From: Bacteroidales bacterium
GTDB taxonomy: Bacteria > Bacteroidota > Bacteroidia > Bacteroidales > WCHB1-69
Direction: 5' to 3'
Length of the DNA stretch: 64,000 nt
NCBI GenBank assembly: GCA_017962845.1
Contig: JAGCUN010000024.1
Span: forward strand, 23,298-87,297
The first letter of the stretch is position 1; every line of letters begins with the position of its first letter. The notes beneath the pieces are model-generated. The model was not told where the DNA came from and made no database searches. It was given only the letters and a program-made list of their open reading frames with translations. The translations under genes were made by a program, and so were the position numbers. Positions 17,449 to 30,300 of the stretch are shown one piece after another.

Positions 17449-18345
17449 TTAAATAATGGGCCTTTTTTCACACAAAAACTCCAATTTGTAGAAATCGAAA
17501 TATCGGATGGATGGTTTTTTGGAGTGAAGATTTTTGAGGATCATTTTTTTGAAAATGCGATAAAGGAACCGGTAGAGTCCGCACAAATGCCATTTTCGAA
17601 GTTGGCGATAGGTTTTCAATAAGCGGATATTCTCCACCAAAGCCTCTCGCTGGTGACCTTTTTCTAAAATGATGAGCAGATTGTTGATGGCTACCTGTGT
17701 TCGTTCAAGGAATAGTTGGGTTGAAAAGATGCCATCATGTCTTAAGGGGTTGTCTATATGCTTGATTATAATGTTTTTATCCAGCAGATCCAGTCCAAAA
17801 AGAGTGTCCTCGTGCCCGTAATCCTGTAGCGATTCATCGAATTTTACAATATCGAATACTCTCTTTTCAATTAAGAAATTGAAGGTGGAGAATGAGGTAT
17901 TTGGGCGTTGGTTTCTGATTTCCGCAGGAACTTGTTCTCGTTCTATCCCATATCGCCAGCGAAGAATGCACTCTTTTCTTGGACGGCGTTTCCGATATTC
18001 GCATCCTCCCACTATCACTGGGGCCGGCAGAGCGGCCATGTACTTCTTTAAAAAATCACGGTGCGTGACAGTGGCATCGCAGTCCATAAAAAGTAGGTAA
18101 GGGTATTGGGCTTTGGATGCCAATGTGTTGCGAACCAGTGAACGCCCCATGTTGATATAACTCTGCAGGTAGGTGACGTTCTCTAAAAAGTCGAGCTGGG
18201 CATTCTTTTTCTGATATTCGTAGTCGGAGGCATCATCCAGCAGCAGGATTTCGTAGGGCACATCCAATTTGTCGGCCTGTGCCGTCAAATCGTTCACCAG
18301 GCGGTTCACGTCCCAGTTGTGGATGGCGATACAGATAGAAAGCAT
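17449..18345 (-). CDS. family 2 glycosyltransferase
   Basis: LSICIAIHNW...EILLLDDASD...LFMDCD, a GT-A fold with DxD-type motifs. Confidence 0.7.
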   Translation of the reverse strand: MLSICIAIHNWDVNRLVNDLTAQADKLDVPYEILLLDDASDYEYQKKNAQLDFLENVTYLQSYINMGRSLVRNTLASKAQYPYLLFMDCDATVTHRDFLKKYMAALPAPVIVGGCEYRKRRPRKECILRWRYGIEREQVPAEIRNQRPNTSFSTFNFLIEKRVFDIVKFDESLQDYGHEDTLFGLDLLDKNIIIKHIDNPLRHDGIFSTQLFLERTQVAINNLLIILEKGHQREALVENIRLLKTYRQLRKWHLCGLYRFLYRIFKKMILKNLHSKKPSIRYFDFYKLEFLCEKRPII

Positions 18346-18347
18346 AG

Positions 18348-19142
18348 TTACAGCATCGTGTCGATCAGGTTCCCGTCTTCGATGCAGATGGTGCGCGAGG
18401 TGAATTTGTCGATCAGGGTGAAGTTGTGGGTGCTCATCAGCACGGTGGTGCCTTGTTCGCGGTTGATGTCGTGCAGCAGCTGGAAGATCTCTTCAGCGGT
18501 GATGGGGTCGAGGTTGCCAGTCGGCTCGTCGGCGAGGATGACCTCCGGATGGTTGAGAAGAGCTCGCGCGATGCAGACGCGCTGCTGTTCGCCGCCAGAG
18601 AGCTGGAACGGATATTTGAAGTCTTTGGTTTCCAGGTGTACCAGCTTCAGCACCTCTCTCAAGCGCTCTTCCATCTCGTTGTTGTTTTTCCATCCTGTGG
18701 CTTTCATCGCATAGATAAGATTCTCTCTTACGGTCTTGTCCACCAGCAGTTGGTAGTCTTGGAAGATGACGCCCAACTTGCGGCGCAGGAAAGGAATTTT
18801 GCGGGTCTTGATGGATTTGAGGTCGAATCCGGCACAGGACACTTCGCCGCTTTTTACAGGCAGTTCGGCCAACAGCAATTTGAGAATCGACGATTTTCCG
18901 GCACCTGTCTTTCCCACCAGGTACACGAACTCGCCCTCTTTGATGGTGAAGGATACTTTGGAGAGTATCAGTATTTTTTTCTGATACACATCCACCTCTT
19001 TCAACATGATGGCGGGTCTGTGTTCGGGTTCTTTAGGCTGGATGTCAACAGTTTCCTCTGTGGTGGGATCTTGGCACAAAGCAGCATCGGTGAGGATGTC
19101 CTCTCGGTTTTGCGCGTTCTGAGGGATTTCGTTCTCTGGCAT
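18348..19142 (-). CDS. ftsE: cell-division ABC ATPase FtsE-like
   Basis: Walker A GKTGAGKSS, signature LSGGEQQR, Walker B ILADEPTGNLD. It has a ~40-aa acidic N-terminal extension. Confidence 0.7.
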   Translation of the reverse strand: MPENEIPQNAQNREDILTDAALCQDPTTEETVDIQPKEPEHRPAIMLKEVDVYQKKILILSKVSFTIKEGEFVYLVGKTGAGKSSILKLLLAELPVKSGEVSCAGFDLKSIKTRKIPFLRRKLGVIFQDYQLLVDKTVRENLIYAMKATGWKNNNEMEERLREVLKLVHLETKDFKYPFQLSGGEQQRVCIARALLNHPEVILADEPTGNLDPITAEEIFQLLHDINREQGTTVLMSTHNFTLIDKFTSRTICIEDGNLIDTML

Positions 19143-19154
19143 GACGGCGGGGGA

Positions 19155-21216
<2,062 letters not shown>

Positions 21217-21241
21217 AATTTTAATGGGATGGAATAGGGGG

Positions 21242-23461
21242 TCAGTTGCCCAAATCCGACATGAATTTGATCTTCATAATTCGGATTTCTTCCATGGTAT
21301 ATTCACTGTCGCCAAGCTCTTCAAGTGCCTCATCCACAGAGTCTGATTCCGCATTGGCGAAGTAGTCGAGAATCTCTTCCTGATGGTAGGGTTCGATGTA
21401 TTCGTTGATGTAGTAGTCGATGTTGATTTTGGCTCCTGAGGCCACGATGCTCTCAATCTCGGTCAGCAGCTCGTCCATGTCCAGTCCCTTGGCGATGGCG
21501 ATGTCCTCGAAGTTGATTCTGCGGTCGATGTTCTGGATGATATAGACCTTGAGGGCTGACTTGTTCACCACCGATTTCACGACAAAGTCTTGCGGGCGTT
21601 CGATCTCGTTATCCTCCACATACTTTTTGATGAGTTCGATAAAGGGTTGTCCGTACTTTTGCGCTTTACCCGTGCCCACGCCGCTGATATGTGTCATCTC
21701 TTCGATGGTGGTGGGGTATTGGGTGCACATGTCCTCCAGGGAGGTATCTTGGAAGATGACGAATGGCGGGATGTTCTCGCGGGTGGCGATGGTCTTCCGC
21801 AGGTCTTTCAGCAGTGAGAAGAGGATATTGTCGATGGCCTCGCTTTTGTTGGGCACCATCTCTTCGTCCACCTCATCCTCCTGATCCTCTGATTCCGGTT
21901 TGGTGATCATGATGGTGTAGGGGTTGCGCATGTAGCGTTCTCCCTTTTCTGTCACCTTCAGCAGTCCGTAGTTCTCCACGTCTTTTACCACCAAGTTGTC
22001 GAAGATGGCGAGCCGGATGACGTTCAGCCAGAATTTGGCGTCATAGTCCATGCCCTCGCCGAACTGTTTCAGCTTGTTGTGCTTGAATTTGGTGATGGAG
22101 GTGGTCTTGTTGCCGGTGAGGATATCCACGATATGATCCTCCTTGAACTGCTGTTTCACCGTCTGAATCACCTCGATGGCCAGCTGAATCTGGTCGGAGG
22201 CGTTCATCTTGGGTTTGGGGTGGCAGCAGTTGTCGCAGTTGTGGCAGTTGTCCTCTTCGTATTTTTCTCCGAAATAGTGCAGCAGGTGTTTCCGGCGGCA
22301 GCTGGTGGATTCGGCGTAGGCGGAGGTCTCGGCCAGCAGCTGTTTCACAATCTCTTGCTCGGCCACGGCCTTCTTGGTGGAGAATTTCTCCAATTTATAA
22401 AGGTCTTTGTAGTCATAGAAGGCGATGCACTTGCCCTCTCCTTCGTCGCGTCCCGCACGACCTGTCTCCTGATAGTAGCCCTCCAAACTCTTCGGCATGT
22501 CATAGTGGATCACAAAACGCACGTCCGGCTTGTCGATGCCCATACCGAAGGCGATGGTGGCCACAATCACGTCGCACTTTTCCATCAGGAAGGCATCCTG
22601 ATTCTCCACGCGGGTCTTGGAATCCAGTCCGGCATGATAGGGGAGTGCTCGTATCTTATTGACCTGTAAGAAGTTGGCAAATTCTTCCACCTTTTTTCTG
22701 CTCAAACAGTAAATGATGCCCGACTTGCCAGGATTGTCTTTGATGAATTTTACAATCTCCTTGTCGATGTTCTTGGTTTTCTCTCTGATTTCGTAATAGA
22801 GGTTGGGGCGGTTGAAGGAGGAGATGAAGACTTTGGCTTTGTCCATGCCGAGGTTCTTCTGGATGTCGTTCTGCACCTTCGGTGTGGCGGTGGCCGTAAG
22901 GGCGATTACCGGTACCTTCGCGCCGATGGAGTCGATGATGTTGCGGATGCGGCGGTACTCGGGACGGAAGTCGTGGCCCCATTCCGAAATACAATGCGCC
23001 TCGTCGATGGCATAGAAGGAGATGTTGATGGCCTTGAAGAAGTCCACATTCTCCTCTTTGGTGAGAGACTCTGGTGCCACATAGAGCAGTTTGGTCTTGC
23101 CGTTCAGCAGGTCTTCCCGCACGGTGTTGATTTCCGACTTGGAAAGGGAGGAGTTGAGGAAGTGCGCCACACCATCATCGGTGCTGTAGTTGCGCATCGC
23201 GTCCACTTGGTTTTTCATCAGGGCGATCAATGGCGAGATGATGATGGCTGTGCCTTCGCTCATCAGTGCCGGCAGCTGGTAGCACATCGACTTGCCTCCT
23301 CCTGTCGGCATGATGACGAAACAGTCGTTGCCATCCAACAGCGATTTGATGATTGCGAGCTGGTTACCTTTGAACTGGCTGAAGCCGAAAACCTTCTTCA
23401 GCATTTTTTTGATGTCCTTCTCGGTGTACTTCTGCATGATTGTCTTTGGGTTAAAACGCAA
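21242..23461 (-). CDS. recQ: ATP-dependent DNA helicase RecQ
   Basis: FGFSQFKGNQ, MPTGGGKS, DEAHCISEWGHDFRP, a zinc-binding Cys cluster (CRRK..CHNCDNC), and a C-terminal HRDC-like region. An alternative start at 23437 (MQKYTEK) is possible. Confidence 0.9.
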   Translation of the reverse strand: MRFNPKTIMQKYTEKDIKKMLKKVFGFSQFKGNQLAIIKSLLDGNDCFVIMPTGGGKSMCYQLPALMSEGTAIIISPLIALMKNQVDAMRNYSTDDGVAHFLNSSLSKSEINTVREDLLNGKTKLLYVAPESLTKEENVDFFKAINISFYAIDEAHCISEWGHDFRPEYRRIRNIIDSIGAKVPVIALTATATPKVQNDIQKNLGMDKAKVFISSFNRPNLYYEIREKTKNIDKEIVKFIKDNPGKSGIIYCLSRKKVEEFANFLQVNKIRALPYHAGLDSKTRVENQDAFLMEKCDVIVATIAFGMGIDKPDVRFVIHYDMPKSLEGYYQETGRAGRDEGEGKCIAFYDYKDLYKLEKFSTKKAVAEQEIVKQLLAETSAYAESTSCRRKHLLHYFGEKYEEDNCHNCDNCCHPKPKMNASDQIQLAIEVIQTVKQQFKEDHIVDILTGNKTTSITKFKHNKLKQFGEGMDYDAKFWLNVIRLAIFDNLVVKDVENYGLLKVTEKGERYMRNPYTIMITKPESEDQEDEVDEEMVPNKSEAIDNILFSLLKDLRKTIATRENIPPFVIFQDTSLEDMCTQYPTTIEEMTHISGVGTGKAQKYGQPFIELIKKYVEDNEIERPQDFVVKSVVNKSALKVYIIQNIDRRINFEDIAIAKGLDMDELLTEIESIVASGAKINIDYYINEYIEPYHQEEILDYFANAESDSVDEALEELGDSEYTMEEIRIMKIKFMSDLGN

Positions 23462-23522
23462 ACATACCCGATGGGGTTGCCGTCAGCAAAGCATACTGGT
23501 CGGCAATTGTCCATCAGCGTTA

Positions 23523-23530
23523 CAAAGGTA
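23523..23530 (-). promoter_or_regulatory. -7 box TACCTTTG for recQ
   Basis: Minus strand reads TTATACCTTTGTAA. Confidence 0.35.
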
Positions 23531-23571
23531 TAAATATTTCTATAAATGGAAGGCGATTTGCGTAAAAAATA

Positions 23572-24537
23572 TCAAAAATTTTTATTCTTTAATAAAAATT
23601 CTGATACATAGTCAGTTACGCCATTTTCAAGGGAATGAAATGCGTGGTTGCACCCACTTTCTCTGATTTTTTCCATCTTTGCTTCGGTGAAATATTGGTA
23701 TTTGTCACGAATATCTTCGGGAATATCCACGTATTCGATGACGGGTTCGCGACCCATGGCATGGAAGGTGGCGGTGGCGAGGTCGAGGAAGGTGCGCGCC
23801 TTTCCGGTGCCGAGGTTGAAGATGCCGTTGGGGTGTGGGTTGCGGCTGAACCAGTATAGCACATCCACCACATCCTTCACGTAGATGAAGTCGCGGCGCT
23901 GTTGTCCGTCGGCATAGTCGGGGCGGTGCGAGCGGAACAGTTTCACCTTGCCGGTCTCGTTGATCTGGTGGATCGAGTGGAAGATGACCGATGCCATGCG
24001 TCCCTTGTGGTACTCGTTGGGACCATACACATTGAAGAACTTGAAGCCAGCCCAGAGTGGAGGCATCTTTCCTTGCTTCAAAATCCACTTGTCCACCTCG
24101 TTTTTGGATTTTCCGTAGGGGTTGAGGGGCTGCAACTGCGGAATGATGGATTCGTCATCCACATAACCCAGCTCGCCTGCTCCGTATGTGGCTGCCGATG
24201 AGGCATATAGCAGTGGAATGCGGTATTGGGTGGCCAATGACCACATCTCCTGGGTATAACCCACGTTCAGCCGCTCGAACACGGAGTAGTCCATCTCTGT
24301 GGTGTTGGTGCGGGCGCCGAGATGGATGATGCAGGTGATATGTTTGGCGTTGGCATGCGCCCATGCGAAGAAGTCGTCGCGGTGGATCTTGTCGGCATAC
24401 TGCTTGTCCTGCCAGTTGGCTTTTTTGCTCTCTTTTGAGAAGTCGTCCACGAGGATGAGGTCGTGGTGGTTTTCGTGGTTGAGTTTGCTGGCCATGCAGC
24501 TTCCGATGAAGCCGGCTGCGCCTGTGATGACGATCAT
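23572..24537 (-). CDS. hldD: ADP-L-glycero-D-manno-heptose 6-epimerase
   Basis: 321 aa. MIVITGAAGFIGS, LYASSAATYG, NPYGKSK, FFNVYGPNEYHKGRMASV, RDFIYVKDV, IFNLGTG. Collinear with E. coli HldD as recalled. Confidence 0.75.
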   Translation of the reverse strand: MIVITGAAGFIGSCMASKLNHENHHDLILVDDFSKESKKANWQDKQYADKIHRDDFFAWAHANAKHITCIIHLGARTNTTEMDYSVFERLNVGYTQEMWSLATQYRIPLLYASSAATYGAGELGYVDDESIIPQLQPLNPYGKSKNEVDKWILKQGKMPPLWAGFKFFNVYGPNEYHKGRMASVIFHSIHQINETGKVKLFRSHRPDYADGQQRRDFIYVKDVVDVLYWFSRNPHPNGIFNLGTGKARTFLDLATATFHAMGREPVIEYVDIPEDIRDKYQYFTEAKMEKIRESGCNHAFHSLENGVTDYVSEFLLKNKNF

Positions 24538-24616
24538 GATAGAGTGGGTTTACATTTAAAATATATCGAGACGCGAATTTCGCGTCTCGACGGTTAGGTT
24601 TGATAAAAGTTTCAGA

Positions 24617-26119
24617 TTAACGGGTGGTGCCGCCGCCGGAGGGGGTGCCCAGACGGGCCATTGCGCAGCGGAAGCCGATGTACTTGGTGGACTCGTCCTC
24701 TTCGAGGTAACGGCGCTGGCCGGGAGCCGCATAGTACTGCGGGTCGATCCAGGAGCCGCCCTTATATACTCTGGAGTGGTCGCCGACCATGGAGTACTCG
24801 AACGGGGTGACCATGTCTTTCGGGTACATGGTGGTGGTAGCGTCGCTGGATTCTTTCTTCCAGTCCTCGGTCTCGATCTGGGAAGCCCAGTCGCCATCGA
24901 GGTAGTTGATGTTGTCGGCGGCGCGGTAGTTTCTTCTTCTGTCGTTCTTGAAGTCGGAGACGGGCACCATCGGGATCTTACCCACGCTGTCGCGGTCTTC
25001 CACCATGCCGGAGCCATCGTCCAACAGTTTCATGGTCTCATAGTAGTTGCCTCTGAAGGGGTTGAACTCATAGACTTCGTCGTGAGAGGTCTGACGATAG
25101 ACGTCCATCACCCATTCTGCGACGTTGCCGCCCATGTTGTAGAGGCCGAAGTCGTTGGGCCAGTAGGAGTTGACGGGGGCTGGTATATCGGAAGCGTCGT
25201 TCAGGTAGCCGGCCACACCCATGAGGTCGCCACGTCCGCGGCGGGTGTTGGCCACGAAGTCGCCGTAGTAGCGCTTGTCGTCGGTACGGGTATAGTGACC
25301 GTTCCAAGGATAGAGCTTTCTTTCGAGCACACGTTCGTTGAGGGTGTTGCCGATGAGGGCGTAGGCGGCGTACTCCCACTCAGCCTCGGTGGGGAGGCGG
25401 TAGCGGGGCAGCAGGATGCCGTCCTCCATCTTCACGTTGCGGTAGTCGCCGGTGGAGATGTTGGTGAGGCGGTTGTCGGTCTCCATTTCGTATGAATCAT
25501 ACACCAAGTATGCGTCGGTGGTGAAGTAGAGTTCCGGTGACGGGTCGGGGTTCCAGTCGATGAAGCCCAGATCCACGAGAATCTGCTCGTTGACGCGGTC
25601 GGTACGCCAGGCGGCGTAGTTGGTGGCCTGCAACCAGTTCACACCCACAACGGGATAGTGGTTGTAAGCGGGATATCTGAAGTAGTATTCCACCTGCGGT
25701 TCAGCGTATGCCAGTTTTTCACGCCATACATTCTCATCGGGACGTGCTTCGTCAACGATGGTCTTGAGGTCGGCGGGGAGGAACACGCGTTCGAGCCAGT
25801 AGAGATATTCGCGGTAGTCGAGGTTGCTGATTTCGCACTCATCCATATAGAAGGAGGAGATGGTGACGCGGCGCGGGTTGTTTCCCCATTCGTACATGAC
25901 ATCCTCTTCCACACGGCCGAAGGTGAAGGTACCACCTTCAATCAGCACCAGACCGGGGCCGGTGGCTTGTTCAACGAACGGATACACTTCAAAGCCGCCG
26001 TTTTCTGCGTTGTTGTATTCCCAGCCAGTAGTGGGGGAATACTCCTTCTTACAGGAGCTGAACAGCAGGGCTGTAGCAGCAATCAGCAGTAAACCGGAAA
26101 TTTTGCTCATCTTCTTCAT
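24617..26119 (-). CDS. gldJ: GldJ/GldK-family lipoprotein (FGE-sulfatase/SUMF1 fold), most likely GldJ
   Basis: Lipoprotein signal LLFSSC. LIEGGTFTFG...YMDECEISNLDYREY, PTEAEWEYAA, GGNVAEW, YKGGSW, GFRC. It lies next to porU-porV, the synteny known from Flavobacterium johnsoniae. Confidence 0.6.
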   Translation of the reverse strand: MKKMSKISGLLLIAATALLFSSCKKEYSPTTGWEYNNAENGGFEVYPFVEQATGPGLVLIEGGTFTFGRVEEDVMYEWGNNPRRVTISSFYMDECEISNLDYREYLYWLERVFLPADLKTIVDEARPDENVWREKLAYAEPQVEYYFRYPAYNHYPVVGVNWLQATNYAAWRTDRVNEQILVDLGFIDWNPDPSPELYFTTDAYLVYDSYEMETDNRLTNISTGDYRNVKMEDGILLPRYRLPTEAEWEYAAYALIGNTLNERVLERKLYPWNGHYTRTDDKRYYGDFVANTRRGRGDLMGVAGYLNDASDIPAPVNSYWPNDFGLYNMGGNVAEWVMDVYRQTSHDEVYEFNPFRGNYYETMKLLDDGSGMVEDRDSVGKIPMVPVSDFKNDRRRNYRAADNINYLDGDWASQIETEDWKKESSDATTTMYPKDMVTPFEYSMVGDHSRVYKGGSWIDPQYYAAPGQRRYLEEDESTKYIGFRCAMARLGTPSGGGTTR

Positions 26120-26177
26120 TGCTTCAAAAAATTTATAGTTCTAACGATGTTTATTCAAAATTATTATGAAATGTTGA

Positions 26178-27167
26178 TTAGAAAGTGGGGCAGACCAGAT
26201 CTTTCATCACTTTCTTTCTCTCGGGGCAGGGGAGGAGCAGCTGGAGTGACACCTCGTGTGCGCCACCGGAGAGGTTGGCCAGTTTGGAGACCGTAAGGTC
26301 GTAGGAATAAGCCACGCGGACGCGTTCATGCTGCAAACCGAACATGAAAATCACAGCATCGGGGTTGCGGAAGCTCTGGCGATACCAGATACCCACTGCA
26401 AACGGGTAGTAGTTGAGGTAAAAACCATAGTTCAGCTGATGGAACTCCATCTGATGCTGGTAGATGATGTTCGGACTGATGGAAATGTCGCCGAAGGAAC
26501 GGCTCTTGCGGCTGCGGCGTTTCAGATCAAAATAACCACCAACGTGGGCGGTCCACTTGATGGGCAGACGGCTCACTGAGATGAAACCCTCGTACGGGCG
26601 GGTGACGTGGTTGACGGCCAGACCGAAGTAGAAGTTCTTGGTATAACCGATGAAACCGGCGGAGAAGTCGGCGATGGCCTTTGACTGTTTGGCTGGAGCC
26701 GTCTCGTTGGTCTCATACACAAAGCCGTATTTGGGGTCGATCATGTCGCCGAAGGTCAGCTTGTCCCAGTTCAGGGATTTCTGCTGGAAGGTGGCCTGCA
26801 AAGCGAAGCGCATGCTGAACTTGCGCGAAACTTTCAACTTGTAAGAATAAATGATACTGGCTGCGTAGGTGTTGATGGTGCCTTGTCCCTGATGGTCGCC
26901 CATGAACAGCACACCGATACCGCCAGCCAACTTGTCAAAGTGCTGGTCGTAGGAGGCGGAGTAGGTGAGGTAGGTGCCATGGATGTTGGGCCACTGGTCG
27001 CGGAAATGTGCCGTGATACGCGGGCATACATTCGTGCCTGCAAACGCAGGGTTCAAATACAGCGGATTGGCATAGAATTGGGAAAAGTGCGGATCTTGTG
27101 CCGAAACTTTCGTGCCACTGACCAATGCCAGCAACAGGAGCCCCATAACGCAGATGATCTTTTTCAT
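26178..27167 (-). CDS. PorP/SprF-family T9SS outer-membrane protein
   Basis: Signal peptide, then the hallmark QDPHFSQFYANPLYLNPAFAG and a beta-barrel-like alternating pattern. The start is set at the ATG at 27167 because a -7 box lies at 27219-27226. Confidence 0.8.
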   Translation of the reverse strand: MKKIICVMGLLLLALVSGTKVSAQDPHFSQFYANPLYLNPAFAGTNVCPRITAHFRDQWPNIHGTYLTYSASYDQHFDKLAGGIGVLFMGDHQGQGTINTYAASIIYSYKLKVSRKFSMRFALQATFQQKSLNWDKLTFGDMIDPKYGFVYETNETAPAKQSKAIADFSAGFIGYTKNFYFGLAVNHVTRPYEGFISVSRLPIKWTAHVGGYFDLKRRSRKSRSFGDISISPNIIYQHQMEFHQLNYGFYLNYYPFAVGIWYRQSFRNPDAVIFMFGLQHERVRVAYSYDLTVSKLANLSGGAHEVSLQLLLPCPERKKVMKDLVCPTF

Positions 27168-27218
27168 ATCCAGTGTTTTATTCTGATTCAGATATTTTGG
27201 CATATTATGTTAAAGTCG

Positions 27219-27226
27219 CAAAAATA
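27219..27226 (-). promoter_or_regulatory. -7 box TATTTTTG for the PorP/SprF gene
   Basis: Minus strand reads TTGTATTTTTGCGAC. Confidence 0.4.
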
Positions 27227-27349
27227 CAATTTTATTGTGTAACTTACGTGGTTTTCTCCAAAAAGTTATCAACATTTTTCATTTTTTGCAATTTTATAAA
27301 ATGCCATTCGTTTAATTGATGCTTTTCTCGTAACAATATATAACGATAT

Positions 27350-30300
27350 ATGAAAAAAAATCCTTGGGTCGTTTTAGGAATATTTAGTTTGATTTTATTT
27401 CAAATTATTGATATTCAGGCTCAAAAAATTCAAAAAAATATTTCTATCCAATGGCTTACCCCTATTTCTTACCAAACCGATAGGGATGAGACCTTGACAT
27501 TTATGGTTTTTAGGGGTTCGGTGGAAGATGCGGAGTTCCCGGTTCTTCCCGCCTATTACGACCATTTCCCCGTGAGCGCAGATTTTGCAGCTTATTCTGT
27601 AACGGCCAGCAACGCTGTTTACCAACCGCTGTCAGAAGAGGAGAAAGCATTGGTGCCCAAGGATTTCCGTCGTTCTGAAATTGAATATAAAGTGACGACG
27701 GTTTACGAGAAGATGCAACCCTATGCGGCGGTCTCCTTTACCCCCGTCCGTATCAATGGCGGTCGTTACGAGAAGCTGGTTTCGGTATCACTTTCCATCG
27801 AGGGGCGCAACGTCCGCAAAGGCGGCACTCCCACCCGCGCCTACGCCGACCACTCGGTGCTGCGCAGCGGCAACTGGTATCGCGTAACCGTCTTCAAGAC
27901 AGGTGTTTATAAGGTAACTTACAATGACTTGTCAGCGTTGGGCGTGTCGCTCTCCCATCTTTCATCCGACAACATTTCCATCTTCGGCAACGGCGGGGGT
28001 ATGCTGCCCGAGGCGAATGGGAATACCCGTCCCGACGACCTGCTGGAACTCCCTATCGAGATGCACGACGGCGGTGACCATTCTTTCGATGCCGGCGACT
28101 ATTTCCTGTTCTACGCCGAAGGACCGCACAGCTGGAACCTCTCTTCCAATCAATGTGCCCATCAGTTTAATCTGTATTCCACCACCGCCTCTTACTTCAT
28201 CAATGTGGATGCGGGAGTGGGACAGAAGTTGCGTGTGGAGACGGAGGATAACGCCGCGCTGACGCCTACTACAACTGTCTCTACCTATACGGCTTACGGT
28301 TTCTTTGAGGAGGACAAATACAATTTCGGCGAGGGTGGCCGCAACTGGGTGGGCGACAAGTTTGATGTCACCACCACGCGGAATTACACGCTTTCGCTGC
28401 CTTCCTCACCGGTAGGGCCGCTACGTCTGACCGTGATGGGCGCTGCCACCTCGGCACGCGTGTCCTCTTTTCAGGTGAAGGTCAACAACCAGTTCATCGG
28501 TTCGGTTAGCGTTCCCGCGACCCCCACCGGTTATCTTGCCTATTATGGCGACCGTACCTTTAACTTTACTACATCTGGCGGGACCACCGATGTGGAACTT
28601 ATTTATAATAAGCCAGTTTCCTCTTCGGTGGGATTCCTCGATTATTTGGAATGGCAGGTTGATTGCCAACTGCGGGCGGGGAGCGGTCAAACGCCGTTCT
28701 GCAACTTCCAGACCGTGGGTACGAATGCCGTCACCCGCTATACGGTAGCCAATTGTTCGTCCAGCACGAAGGTGTGGGATGTGTCGTTGATCAACCAGAC
28801 CCGCAACATGGCGGGCACGCTGTCGGGCGGCACCTTCGCTTTCAACGCGCCCACCTCTACGTTGCGGCGGTTTGTGGCCTTCAGCGACAATTCCTGCTAC
28901 AGTGTGACGACGGTGGGGCGGGTGAACAACCAGGACTTGCATGGCACCAGTTTCGCGGACATGATTATCGTTGCGCATCCTGACTTCCTCTCACAGGCCG
29001 AGCGTCTGGCGGACTTCCGCCGCTCCAATGACGGTCTTTCGGTGAAGGTGGTCACTCCGCAGCAGGTGTATAACGAGTTCTCCAGCGGTGAGCAGGATGT
29101 GTGCGCCATCCGCGACTATATGCGGATGATTTATGAGCGTACCGCCGCCGCACAGCCCCAATATCTGTTGCTTTTCGGCCGTCCTTCTTACGACTATCGT
29201 GGCATAGAGGGGGATTGTAAGTTGTATGTTCCTAATTTCCAATGCACATCGGATGCCCATGAGGAGCATTTTAAAGCCAATGATGACTTTTTTGGTTTGT
29301 TGGATGCGAACGAGGGAACGAATAGCATGGGGCCCACCATTGATGTTGCGGTGGGACGTTTCCCCGTGTCCACTTCCTCTCAGGCGAAGCTTGCGGTGGA
29401 CAAGACCATCGAGTACGCCTCGCGGGGCGTGCTGGGCGAGAACACCCCCACCAGCAATTTCGGCGACTGGAAAAATGTGGCGACTTTTGTGGCTGATGAT
29501 GAGGAAGGCGGCGGTCATCTGGTAACGGCGGATGCTGCTGCGCGTATTGCTGATACTACCAATCAGAATTTGAATATAGAGAAGATTTATCTGGATGCGT
29601 ATCAGCAGGTTACCTATTCGTCATCGGCTCGCTATCCGGAGGTGACGGTCGATATTAACAACCGCATGAACAAAGGCTGTCTACTGTTTACCTATGTGGG
29701 ACATGGCGGCAAGAATGGTTGGGCCCACGAGCGTATCATCGAGCTGACCGACATCAGCCGGTGGGCCAATCGTTACAACCAGCCCTGGATGATGACCATG
29801 ACGTGTGAGTTCGGTTGGTACGACCGCTCGCTGGTGTCGCCGGCCGAGATGGCGTTTCTGAACAGCGGCGGCGGTGTGTCGGGCATGATTACCACCTCGC
29901 GTGTGGCGTTCTCGGGAGCCAATCATACGTATATCACAAACTGGTTCGATAACCTTTTCCGCAATGGGTTGGATGCGCCGCTCACCATCGGCGAATGCAA
30001 CCGTGCGGCCAAAAATGCAGGATCTGGTAATATCAGTTCCTTTAATATGATATATGTGATGGGCGACCCCGCCATGAAACTGGCCGTGCCGCGTTATACG
30101 GTGGTCACCGACTCCATCAACGGGGTGGCGGTGGCCGATTTCACCGACACGCTCAAGGCCTTGTCAAGAGTGCGCATCAGCGGTCATGTGGAGGATGCGG
30201 AAGGACACCTCCTGCCCGATTTTTCCGGTGCAGTTTATCCTTCGGTTTACGACAAAAAAGTAATCAGTCATACCTTACAGAACGACCCTGGTAGCACCTA

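Noticed and set aside
18348-19142. FtsE-like ATPase without an adjacent FtsX, as a possible orphan or novel transporter.
   Set aside because: Separated ftsE/ftsX-like genes are plausible in Bacteroidota, and an FtsX-like permease is present 3 kb away. The N-terminal extension is low-complexity, and the true start may be the internal Met (MLKEVDV...).
23462-23571. Possible structured RNA in the recQ 5' region (TTGCCG...CGGCAA stem).
   Set aside because: It is only a 6-bp stem with an 18-nt loop. It bears no resemblance to a riboswitch or known leader that I can recognise.
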